64,000 nt of DNA, taken from contig CM120643.1 of the NCBI GenBank assembly GCA_051362555.1, positions 22,014,848 to 22,078,847 on the forward strand. The letters run 5' to 3'. This document shows positions 1 through 11,261 of the stretch, piece by piece; positions within the stretch are counted from its first letter, which is position 1, and each line of letters opens with the position of its first letter. Source of the DNA: Lingula anatina (taxonomy: Eukaryota; Animalia; Brachiopoda). The notes beneath the pieces were generated by a model that saw nothing but the letters and a program-made list of their open reading frames with translations, searched no databases and was not told where the DNA came from. The translations under genes were made by a program, and so were the position numbers.

Positions 1-522
1 AAGAGGTACCCCCTCAAATCGACTGTTTCACTGTTACTTCTACAGATGTAAAGAAATGTCTATAAAATTGAAAAGGTGCCATCAAATGTCACCAAATTCA
101 CACACAATTAGCATTAGGGTGTGCTCGTTAAAGATCACGTGCCTAACAGCGTGTGCGTCTACCGCGTACTGCAATTATCTCCTGTAGACGGCGCGACAAG
201 GTTACAATTCTTAAACAAGTTTTTATGGGAATTTGTCTTGTGAGTGCCGTAAAATAAAAATGTACAAATAATTATGAATGCATAACCATGTCATATTTTT
301 TAAATTTTGTTGTGAAGTTTGCAAATGTACGACGTGTCATCCTCTGTACTTTCCGACAACAATGTATAAATGCTGGTATCTCAAGCTAAAGTTGAATTAT
401 TTTGAGACAGAAATAAATAGACAAATTTGAAAATATAACTTATAGCTGAATTAATCAATTAATTAATTAATAATCACACGAGGCATAATTAAGATAGAAT
501 AACCTCTCTATTTCTTGATCAG

Positions 523-773
523 GTGAGATAATCGACCAAGAAGCCCTGTACACTGTCCTGAAGAACAAGATTATCAAAGCAGCTGCATTAGACGTGACGT
601 ACCCAGAGCCTCTCCCCAGGGACCACCCCCTCCTCACACTGCCAAATATCATCATAGCGCCTCACATGGCGTCTGCCACAGTGGAAACCAGAAAGAGGAT
701 GCTGCCCCCATTGGTAGAGACAGTCCTAGCTGTTGTCGAAGGAAAGCCTCTGACAAATGAAGTTATACTGTGA
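523..773 (+). CDS. Terminal coding exon of a D-isomer-specific 2-hydroxyacid dehydrogenase (glyoxylate/hydroxypyruvate reductase-like); earlier exons lie left of the window
   Basis: Acceptor tttcttgatcAG at 521-522 (phase 1). Open translation (G)EIIDQEALYTVLKNKIIKAAALDVTYPEPLPRDHPLLTLPNIIIAPHMASATVETRKRM...GKPLTNEVIL* (TGA 771-773), with the family LDV-x-x-PEP and catalytic PH-x-ASAT motifs. AATAAA at about 1193. Confidence 0.92.
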
Positions 774-2144
774 TCACAAGCGTAGGAGACGGGGTCGAGG
801 GGGGGGGGGAGTATCAAAAAGCTTGGGAAAGGGGATAAGGCCCCTGTCCATTTATATAAGCGAAATGTATACTTAAATTATAAATCGAAGTGGAAGTGTT
901 CAAGTCCAAGTAAATAATGTTTGTCGATATTCCATCCGTCGGTATTTTTTGACCAAAGGGTTTATACCCCCCCCCCCCAAAAAAAAAAAAAAAAAAAAAG
1001 TAGAATTGTTTTCTACGTGCCCGATGAAATAAAACGCAATATGACAAATGTCATAGCGATAACTGTGAAAATGTATGTAACAACGGACTTGTTACAGGTA
1101 ATAAGAAATAATCAGTGTCAGTGTATTTATGTTTTGAACGTTCGGGGTACAGTAACCTTTCACAGATGAAACAAGTACGAATGCAAATTAAAAATAAATT
1201 CGAATTAGACTTCTGGCAATAACTGAATCTGATATTTTATGCTTGTAAAATGTGTCAACTGTGAAGTATGTTGTTATTATTATTATTATCATCATCGTCA
1301 TCATCATTATTATTATTATTATATTGCTTTTCAAAAACAATACCATTGCAAGCTTTTCAACTTAATTGTAATATCTGACTGAGGTAACGCAGAGAGTTAA
1401 AATGGTTGTTCCATCTACAAAAGTCACAGGGTGGATTTTTTTCATTGGATATTGGATATACATATTTCACTGGTCATTCCTCTGCACTTTGCTGTGAGAA
1501 TTCAGGTCAAAATGGTGTTATATCCCAGCTGACCTCTGGTAGAAAGCACAATGGCTGATTGCGACAGGCTCAACAAACACATTTTGACAATTTGACACAT
1601 TCTTATATTTTAAGAACTTTTAAATTGTATTGTTATCAAGACGAACATGTCTTTATAAACAGGTCATTTCCAACAGCAAGTCAAAATCTACATTGTACGA
1701 CTGGCAACGTGTCAGTTCCGGCACTTACGTTTGAAGGCCCCCTCCCCCATTTTCTTCTCCCTTCTACTGTAGCGCCAGACCCCTTATCAATTATGTCTAC
1801 ATGTAGATGGTGGCTAAACTGCGACAAAAGAAAATGTTCAAATGATTTAAAATTCATTTATTTCTGACACGTGCGTAAAATAACCTTGCCGCTGTGGCTT
1901 AGATATTTAGAATACAAAAGTAGCAATATTTATTTTCATGTCAGAAAGTTTAAAATAATAACATCATCTGAGTAGCTAGTCACATACAAAACCCAAACTG
2001 TACAGTAATCTTATATTACTAGTATCATTACGTATCGATATAAAATTCAATGACTGGAACAAGCATTAAGATACACGTTGCAGAAATTATATTTCCCCTA
2101 AAAACGATATTTTTTAACAATTTGTTTCATACAAAACTACTTAA

Positions 2145-2421
2145 AGGGATAATAACTCTTCGTATGAGGTCTATATTTCACAATAAAAACATTGTGAACG
2201 CATAGAAATATAATATATTCTGTTGTACCACAAAAACGGCAGTTATAGCTATTATTCTGATATCTGAGCTTGTCTTTAGACCACTGGCTATACTCTGTTA
2301 TAATCTCTTAAGAGATTAAAGAATGTAAAAATAGATTCATTAACCATTGGTAAGTATGGGAAAATTGTTGTTTACTCCAAGAAAATTCATTTTTTGGCCA
2401 AAATGAAGAGTTATTATCCCT
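2145..2421. mobile_element. MITE with TTAA target duplication (Kolobok-like termini)
   Basis: Perfect TIR AGGGATAATAACTCTTC...GAAGAGTTATTATCCCT flanked by TTAA at 2141-2144 and 2422-2425. Absent from the paralogous sequence near 16330. Confidence 0.85.
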
Positions 2422-2653
2422 TTAATATATATAAAATGACACTCACATCATGAGTAAATGAATGTATAGCATTTATACATTCAAAAAGTTAATAATTTGT
2501 ACCTGCTTAGCTTCATGTGAAAATAGAGACAATCTTGTATATGAACCCACATGTGCACAACAAAAGACAATGTTTTTGTTTTTGACAGTACATAAACTGT
2601 TTCAGTGTTTTTTTTATTTATTTATTTATTTTTTTTATTACAGAAATGATAAC

Positions 2654-3610
2654 CTCCTTTTCCTGTTGTGGTAATGAATTTTCATCTAGAAAGCGTTTGC
2701 TCTCTTTGCAATCTTGAATCCAAATCCTCCAATCTCAACAATTGCCAAGGTAGCATTATCAAGACAGCTTTGGTTCAGTTCTTTGACAAGCTCTGAACCC
2801 ATGGCTAGCTTGACACCTACAAAAAATATTCACCAAGTCAATAAACCGTTAAACGTTAAAAATAACCTTCACTTTTAAATGATGAATGCACCTTAAGTGT
2901 GCATTACAGGAAATAATTGACTAATTCACTAAAACTGCACTAGTAGTGTTTGGTTTGACGATAACCTAAACACCTTTCTCAAAACATTCCTATGTCATTT
3001 TACTCGAACGGCGCAGTCTGTCGATTTAGTCAATTTGTTTACCTGAAAAGAGGCTTGCACATATGATAAGATTTACTCAAGACCCTGCTGCTTGAATCGC
3101 TATTACGCTCACAGCAGCAAAAAATATCTAGAAAATATCGTTTTACGCTGTAAGTAGAATTTTACCAATATGCGTAAATGAAAAGACACGTTCGCTCCGA
3201 CACACACGCGCACGCTCGCCGACACGAGCAGACGCACTCACACACTTACCAGCAATAAAGCTTCTGGCAGATGCCAGCATGAGAGCCATGGCCACGTTGC
3301 CACTGCTCTGTCATTTTGAATGGCTCGAGTATTGGACACCTTTATTCTACGTCTGTTGTAACGCGCAACGTTCATAGGCTCCACCCTTGGCCCTAAATTA
3401 GCGACAGCTTGCAGGTTAGGAGGAAAAGGAAACTTTTTTCAAACTACTCAAGATCTTTGTCAACGAAGGCACCCACAATTTTTTCACCTAGGTTTGGATT
3501 GTCCATGAAATCGCCGTGACAACAAAGTGAGTCTTCCCCTTTTCAAATTGAGTAAAAATTTCGTACTAAATCCAATTTTAGGGCCTTTCCCCTGCCACTC
3601 GTGAATCCAT
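2654..3610 (-). pseudogene. 2-hydroxyacid dehydrogenase pseudogene, exons 1 (3610-3250) and 2 (2816-2654) only
   Basis: Exon 1 reads ...PNLQAVANLGPRVEPMNV...IKVSNT...(frameshift)VAMALMLASARSFIAG then GTAAGT (3249). Exon 2 follows ttttgtAG in matching phase 1: VKLAMGSELVKELNQSCLDNATLAIVEIGGFGFKIAKRANAF*MKIHYHNRKR, with in-frame TAG at 2688-2686 and a damaged GxGxxG motif. No later exons found. Confidence 0.85.
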
Positions 3611-3806
3611 CGGCTTGCCTTGGCTTAGCAACAGTCTCCATTTACTTGGTATTCCTATCGAGAGCAAACAGCCCTGCAGTTGTGTGGTTCGTCCTTTTTG
3701 ACCCATGTAATCTGGTGCAACGTAAGAAACAGATAACGAGGTTTCACCTTCACTGTCCTTGTCAGGGTCTGGGAGAAATTACAACATAACACGTCAGTAA
3801 ACCAGC

Positions 3807-4192
3807 ATGGACGGGTTCAGGATTTTGCTTCTGGGGATGCTTGAGCGGGGGATAAAAATTACCTTTCTCTGTGATTTAAATGTAAAACACTAAATGAGGA
3901 CAGTAATATTATGTATGCAGAGAATTTACAAGATGATAAATGCTACTGAGAGAAGATCAAGGGAAAGTAAATCCTGCTGTTTGCAGCGGCATTGGCTGGG
4001 ATCATATTGATGTCCGAGGATTGAATGCACACGGCATTTAAGTGGCAAACAACCCTGGAGTCTCCAGTAACGCGGTGGCTGACTTTGGGATAACTCTGAT
4101 GTTGGCGTCTGCTGGAAGGTAAGATGGATTAAGTGTATTTGTAACTCTGTCCTATTGTGGTGAACCTCAAAGACAAACATTGGTGCTGGTGA
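3807..4192 (+). pseudogene. Second 2-hydroxyacid dehydrogenase pseudogene, internally deleted
   Basis: 3982-4118 reads CSGIGWDHIDVRGLNAHGI*VANNPGVSSNAVADFGITLMLASAG(R) then GTAAGA (TAA 4039-4041). About 4150-4270 resembles the end of the last exon and the 3' flank at 725-850. ATG at 3807 is tentative. Confidence 0.8.
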
Positions 4193-4544
4193 CGTAGGAT
4201 GTAGGAGACAGGATCAGGGGGGAATGGCATTATCAGGAAGCTTGGTAGGGGATAAGGCTCTGTTTCTACAAGGAAAATCGGTGATCGAAGTCGCAGCAAA
4301 TGATAATTTTCGTTATTCTACCCGTCAGCATTGTTTTTCTGAATGTTCACCTACCACTTCAAGTAGCTTCCTACAATGTATATGCTGGTGAAATACAAAA
4401 ATAGATATAATTATAAAGATCTGATCGATATATAACATGGACAAAATTTCGTTATTATGTCTAAAGTATATAATGACTTACTTCATGTAGTAGGAAACAA
4501 TCAGTGTCATTGTATGTTACAAGCGTTCATGAAAACTTTACTGA

Positions 4545-6118
4545 GTAATCGGGAGAATAAATGCACGACAATTTAAAATAACCGGTGCACAGTAGCCTTT
4601 CACAGATGATAAGAATGTGAACTAAAAGTTTATTCGAAAATACCTGGTTCTGATAGTAGAGGGTTGCAAATTGCGTTAGCTGTGATGTATGATTGTTATT
4701 TGTGATGTGGTGTCTGATGTGTCCGATGAAAACACAATGGACTAAGACAAATGTAGACCTGTGAAAGTTCCCTAGGTCTATAATGACTCGCTACATCTGG
4801 TAGGAAATAATCAGTGTCAGTGTATTCATGTTTTAAACGTACAAATATCTACATGCCTTTATAAATTAACTGCGGCACAGTAGCCTTTCACAGATGATGA
4901 GAATGTGAAATAAGGATTAATTCGAATAAGATTTCTGAAAATAACTGATTTTGATAATTGAGGCTTGTAAATTGTGTCAGTTGTGATGTACCTGTTTATT
5001 TTTTTTTTCGAAACAAATATGCTTTTTTTTATTTTCAAAAACAAAAATAATTATCTAACTGAACTGACTCAGAGAGGTGGAGTGGTTGTACCCTCTACTG
5101 AAGTCACAGGAAGGTTTTTTTCATTGGATATTGTATAAATCTTTCTCTGGCTATTTCTGTACGATTTTCCATGCTGTGGGATATCAGGTCAAAATGATGT
5201 TAGAGTACATTGGCTCAGTGGGATAGGCTCAACAAACGCATTAAACTATTTGAACCTTTCTTTTTTTAATAAACATGTTTCAAAATTAGACTTTAATAAT
5301 GATTATTATAATGATTATTGTATCTATTAATATGTCTTTTTAAGTTAGTTTTTGTGTAATGTTAAACTTGTGCGTTAAATGTCCATCTTCTACAGGGTAT
5401 ATTTTGTTGTGTTCTTTCATCATCCAGTGTAAATTAACGTATGCATCTTACTTATTACTTCGATTACCCTCAGACATAAAACCATGCAATTTGAAAAAAA
5501 AAAAAAACGTAATGTGCAGAAACGAGTCAACCTTTGAAATTATCTCTAATTGATAAAAGGGAATTGTTGAAATCGGTAGAATTAAAACAAGGGAAGAAAG
5601 ATAAAAAGGATAGCGTGCTCAAGTGGTAGCACTGTTAGATAGCTAAATATAAAAAGACTAAAACTTTGTCAAACTTGTGCTTATACCCTCACAAAAGGAC
5701 TTAAACCGCGAATGATATACTACAGGGGTATAACAGAGGCGGATCCATAGATATTTTCTCACAGTCTTTCAATTTTTCTTTTTTGATCAATCTTTCATTT
5801 TTGACCGTCTTTCAACAGAAACTTGAACATCTGACCGTCTTCCAGAAGACCCAGAAGACAACCTCAATCCGCCCCTGTATAAGGTGCAACGGATAATAGG
5901 GGCCTACATACTCTAGTTCTCTCAGGATGTATTTTTAGCCTCGACAGTCGACAACACAGGGTGGAATGATGCCTAATTTTCGGTTCGTATCTAGCGTACT
6001 GGTACAACATGATACAAGGCTATCACTGATGATGACCCCAATTAGTGATTATAGTATTTCATGTGATGGGCGAGTCGTTAATTGATCACTCATAAAACGT
6101 GTGTCAGCACGTGCGCCG
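4545..6118 (+). repeat. About 1.57-kb segmental duplicate, copy 1 (copy 2 at 11262-12843)
   Basis: Collinear high-identity match from taatcgggagaataaatgcacgacaat to gtgtcagcacgt, including the same nested MITE. Confidence 0.9.
5734..5877. mobile_element. Short MITE, TIR CAGRGGCGGAT (also 12444-12610; decayed copies at about 35466-35627 and 60788-60949)
   Basis: CAGAGGCGGAT...ATCCGCCCCTG flanked by TATAA on both sides. Shared interior motif gtcttccagaagacYcagaaga. Confidence 0.7.
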
Positions 6119-9100
6119 GAGTAATTGTCAAAAAATCGATGCCAGGAAAGATAACATCTAAATGCCCTAATGATAAGTCAATCAAAGGGATTATTAAGCA
6201 CATTGTGTTGCTATTAAGAGGTACAGTGTATTAAGAGGGTTACCTCAAGCAGCTTATCGAAATCTACATTGCGCGCCTGGCAACGTGCAACGTGTCAGCT
6301 CTGGCATTTTCTTTTAGCCCCCCCTCCAAAAATATGTGGCATCCTTCATGAAATCCAAAAAAAAAAAAAAAAAAAAAAAAACTAGAACTGTGAAAGTTTC
6401 ATCCTTCTCTAATGACTTACTACAGGTAGTAGGAAATAATCAGTGTCAGTGCACTAGCGTTTAAACACTCATGAAACTTCATGGAACAGTCGGAGAAGTA
6501 AATGCATTACATTATAAAATAATGGTACAGACGCCTTTCGATGATAAGTTGTGAAAATTCAATCAAATTGATTTGAACTGTGAAAAAAAAAAGTTATTCT
6601 GATACGTACAATTAAAATCTTGTCAGCTGGGATGCATAATTTTAAGTGATGTTATTCCAAATAACAATGTCATTACTAGCTTTAATGCTGGATTCCCATC
6701 TGTGGCTTACCCTCTACCAAAGTCAGAGGTATGATTATTTTCATTGGATATTATATAAATATTTCCTTGTGCTATTCCTCGCACTTTTCCATTATACGAT
6801 AATTCAGGCAAAAATTATTTTATCTCCAAGCTCGCTTCAGGTTCTATTGAATGCAGTATTTTCAAAAAACGCATTCCCTTATTTTAAGGCACGTGTACAA
6901 ATTTGAAATTATGACTATTATTTATCTATTTATACGTCTGTTTTAGCCTTTAAGGTTTTGCATAATGCTAAACTTGTGTGTGTCCAATATATATGTTTTT
7001 AGGTATTTTGTTGCTTTAGGTTTTTAGGTATTTTGTTGTTTGCTTTATCTGGTTAAAATTGACGTACATGCACTTTATTTATTACTGGGTGTCAAATATC
7101 TAGAATACTGTCACAACATGACACAAGGGTATCACTCTGGTGATGACCCCAGTAAGTGATATAACTATTTGTTATTGTGGGCGATTCGTTAATTGTTCAC
7201 TCATTACACGAGTCAGCACGCACGCCTAAATAATTAAAGCAAAAGAAACGAAGAATAAAAGACGTATTTTTATAAACGATCCATTTCAACAGCAATTCGA
7301 AATCTACACTGTAGGCCTACGCCAGTTTACAAACGTGTCAACTCCGGTTTTTTCGTTTGACCCCCCCCCCCCCCCCGGATATTCCTAAATATTACATGGT
7401 TCATTTCCATAATTGTATATATAGTCCACTTTTCCGTTCTACATAATTCAGGCAAAATGATTTTATCTCCCAGCTCACCTCTGGCTTTATATTGGGTGCA
7501 TAAGCTTTAACAAATATATTCTTTTAAGGCACGTTTATCAAATTAGGCTTCAACATTATTATTTCATTGTATTAATTTGTGTCTATCATTTAGTCTGTTA
7601 TATTTTGCATAATGTTAAACTTGTGTGTCCAAAGTCTATTTTTTATTCTTTTGTTGTAATCTTGCCTTACCCGGTGTAAATTAATTGCCACACAGTGTAT
7701 GCATATTAGTGCAGGTTAAAGTGGCCCTCAGAACAGGGTAGTATACAGAAGAACATGCAACAACCGTGGGAACAAAATTATCTCTAATAAATGATATGCA
7801 ATATGTCGAAGTCGATGCAGTTAAGACAAATAAAAAATGAAGCAATATATGCCATTTACCCCGTAAGAACAAATAAAGTGGGGCTGATTTTTTGTGGAGT
7901 CACATGACCAATCGTTGTCGTGTGTTCAGAACGTGTACCGTTGGTGTTATACTGTACCATGGACTTATAAATGCACAAAAGAAAATAATTCTTTATGTCA
8001 ATCGCCAATAACATATGATAAATCTGATCAATTTTTTATACTGTTTTAATGTTTAGTTAGTTGACTTATTTGCAATTACTGGACAACAGTCATCAAAATA
8101 TATTTGTGTTTTATTTATTTTTTTTTTTTAGTATGAATGTACACACCATTTTACTCGTACATGTCAATGCGTTTAGACTTTCTAATTTTAGACAAAATTA
8201 ACAATATTATAGCGGGCATTACAAGACGCGAGTACTTTGCTTAGAGTTTATTTTTAATTTTTTAATTTATTTTTATTTATTTATTTATTTATTTTTGTTA
8301 TAGGTTTGTCTTAGTTTTTGACCTTATAGGCACCGTGATAAGGCCTCATAATACCCTTTGTAAGAAACTTCCGATGCTTTATATGTGATGTCACTAAGAA
8401 ATAGTATGAGCACTGTAAGATAGCTAGAATAAAATGACTAAAATGTTGACAATCTTGTGATTATACCGACACAGAATGACTTACATCGCGAGTGCGACGG
8501 GTATCCACAGTTCTCTCAGGATGTATTTTTAGCCTCGAGAGTTGACAACACAGGTTGGAAAGATGCCTAATTTTTGGTTCCTATCTAGCATACTGGTACA
8601 GCATGATACAAGGCTATCACTGATGATGACCCCAGTAATGATAATAGTATTTGATATGATGGGCGAGCCGTTAATTGATCACTCATAACGTGTCAGCACG
8701 TACGCCGGACTAATCAAAACGTTAAAGAAACGGCGAACAAAACATCAAGCTTCACCAATGAATTATTTTTTTCAAAAAAATCGATGCCAGGAAAGATAAC
8801 ATCTACATGCCCTTATGATCAACCATGCATTATCAAGCACATTGTATTGTCATTGTATTTTATCTTAAAAGACGTATATTTATAGACGGATCATTTCAAA
8901 CAGCAAATCGAAATTACATTGTGCGCCTGGCAACGTGTCAGCTCCGGTATTTTCGTTTGCCTCCCCCCTCCCCCCTGAAAAAAGTGGCATCCTCCGTGCC
9001 CTAAAAATACATAAAAATCATGACAATACAAGAACTGTGAAAATTTCATTGATGACCCCAGTAGGTGATAAAACTATTTGTTATTATGGGCGAGTCGTAA

Positions 9101-9592
9101 TTGTTCACTCATTTGACACGGCACCTAGGCCAAATTAATTAAAAGACAAAAAAACAAAAATAAGACATCAATATTCATCAAAAAATGAATTTCATAAAAT
9201 ATCGATGTCATCAAAAATAATATCTTCCTGCACTAATGCTTGTCCATGCAAAGAGATTCTAAAGCACATTGTATGGCTATTAAGACGTATTTTTATAAAC
9301 GAGCCATTTCCAACAGCAAATAGAAATCTACACTTTACTGGCAACGTGTCAGCTCGGTTTTTAAGTTTGACCCCCCCCCCACCCCCTCCCGGCATATTCC
9401 TCAATATTACATTGTGATTAAGTATTCATCCAGTTGAACCTTGCAATTTAAATTACGCCAGCTTGGATGCATGATTTTAATTGATCTTATTTCAAGCAAC
9501 AATGCCATAGCGAGCTTTAATACTCGATTCCCATCTGTGGTTGTACCCTCTACCAAAGTCACAGGAAAGATTTTTTTCATTGGATATTATAT

Positions 9593-10075
9593 AGGCACAT
9601 GAAAATCCTTTTGTAAGAAAGGACCTGCATACATTGTACAAAAGAAATCGAGGACATTCTTTCCTCCCTTGCACGGAACGACAAAGGACGCTCAATTCCC
9701 TCCCAAATACTGAGAGACAAAATTATGAATTAGCAGGCAGTGATCAGAAACTATTTATTCTCCTCAACCCTCAAGATCATAATCCCTTATGGCAATATCG
9801 CAATATATTCAGTTAGCAGCACAGTGCATTAGCACCCATTGCATTAATTAACTTTTAGCTAATTATTACGCATAGAATGATCTTGCTTAATATTGTCAAG
9901 TGAGATCACAGTTACTGATGCTTTGATAGATATTTTTATCTTTTTTTAAATCGAGTTATCTACCTTTTTGATGTAAACATAATAGAGTAGGGTTGGCAGT
10001 AGCTAAGACAGCTAACAATGTTTAAATGCAACATTTTAAAAGCTGAATAAATTATTATTATTATTATTATTATTA

Positions 10076-10110
<35 letters not shown>
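9593..10110 (+). mobile_element. 5'-truncated copy of an RTEX-like LINE related to the element at 24221-30551
   Basis: Encodes RQNYELAGSDQKLFILLNPQD, identical to the ORF2 C-terminus of the full-length element. Ends in aagctgAATAAA plus (TTA)n at 10051-10110. Splits one unit of the host repeat. Confidence 0.9.
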
Positions 10111-10773
10111 TCCTTGGCCATCCTCGCACTTTTCCATGCTACGATAATTCAGGCAAAAATTATTTTAATTATTTTATATCTCAGCTCGCTTTAGGCTCTA
10201 ATTGGTTAAAAACATATTCTTTCACTTTAGGGCACGTTTACAGATTAATACTCTGGAATATGGCCATCATCATATTTATTTACATGTATGTGTTTATTTT
10301 AGCCTGTAAGGTTTTGCATAATGTTAAACTTGTGTGTGTCCAATGTCTATGTTTTTTATATATTTTGTTGTGTTCACGCTTTATCCGGTTCAAATTGACG
10401 TATATGCATCTTATTTCTTACTGGGTGTCAAATATCTAGTATACCGTTACAACACGATACAAGGCTTTCACACTGGTAATGACTCCATTAGGTGATAAAA
10501 CTATTTGTTACAGTAGGTGCGACTGAGAATACACAGTTCCATTAGGATGTATTTTTAGCCTCATTAGTCGACAACATAGGGTGGAACTTTATGGGCCTTA
10601 CCTTTGATTCATATCTAGCATACTGGTAGATATGATACAAGGCTACCACACTAGTGATGTCCCCAGTAGGTGATAAAAAATATTTGTTGAGATGGGCGAG
10701 CCGTTAATTGATCACTCATTTCAGATGAGTTATACTGATGAAGATCTACTACATGTATAAAGATGTAATATCT

Positions 10774-10811
10774 AATCCAAGCTTTCGGCCCCTAGGCCTT
10801 CTTCAGGGATT
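10774..10811 (-). ncRNA. Minimal type I hammerhead ribozyme motif
   Basis: Minus strand: AATCC-CTGAAGA-A-GGCC-TAGG-GGCC-GAA-AGCT-T-GGATT. Perfect 5-bp stem I, CUGANGA and GAAA core boxes, 4-bp stem II, palindromic AGCU stem III. Confidence 0.8.
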
Positions 10812-11051
10812 TTGAAAAAAATGGTAAAGAAAAAAAAAACAGCAAAAAATAAACACCTAGGATATGTGACGTCGGTGATGCGGTAAAGACGCGCGGTGTC
10901 ACAAAAGCGTGCAGGGTAATATGTCTTTGTTACGTAATCTTGACGACGTTTACGTTAACTGCGCTTAGAACTGTGACATTGCGTGTCTTTAACACATCAC
11001 CGACGTATCCTAGGAGTTTGTGTTTTACTGTTTTTTAATATTATTTTTCAA

Positions 11052-11091
11052 AATCCCTGAAGAAGGCCTATAGGGACCGAAAGTTTGGATT
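11052..11091 (+). ncRNA. Minimal hammerhead ribozyme motif, mutated inverted copy
   Basis: AATCC-CTGAAGA-A-GGCC-TATAGG-GACC-GAA-AGTT-T-GGATT. Core and stem I intact; stem II and the stem III palindrome each have a mismatch. Confidence 0.65.
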
Positions 11092-11261
11092 AGATATTAC
11101 ATCTTTATAGTACATCTTCATAGATACATCAGTATAATAACATATTTACTTCTTTAAGATCTATACGCGGTGCTTTGATACGAATCTTCAACATGAGTCA
11201 GCACGTACACCAAAGTAATTAAAGAAAAAGAAACGGCGATTTAAATATCATGCTTACTTAA

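Larger units (their letters stand above)
10731..11192. mobile_element. Penelope-like inverted pseudo-LTR insertion (about 410-bp imperfect palindrome plus about 55-bp tail)
   Basis: The arms 10731-10905 and 10960-11136 are reverse complements and each carries a hammerhead motif. Flanked by ATGAGT (10725-10730, 11193-11198) and interrupts the host motif gatcactcat...gtcagcacg. Confidence 0.75.

Noticed and set aside
7716-8350. Insert starting ttaaagtggccc as a Kolobok-type element
   Set aside because: It does interrupt the host repeat, but no matching right TIR or second TTAA was found.
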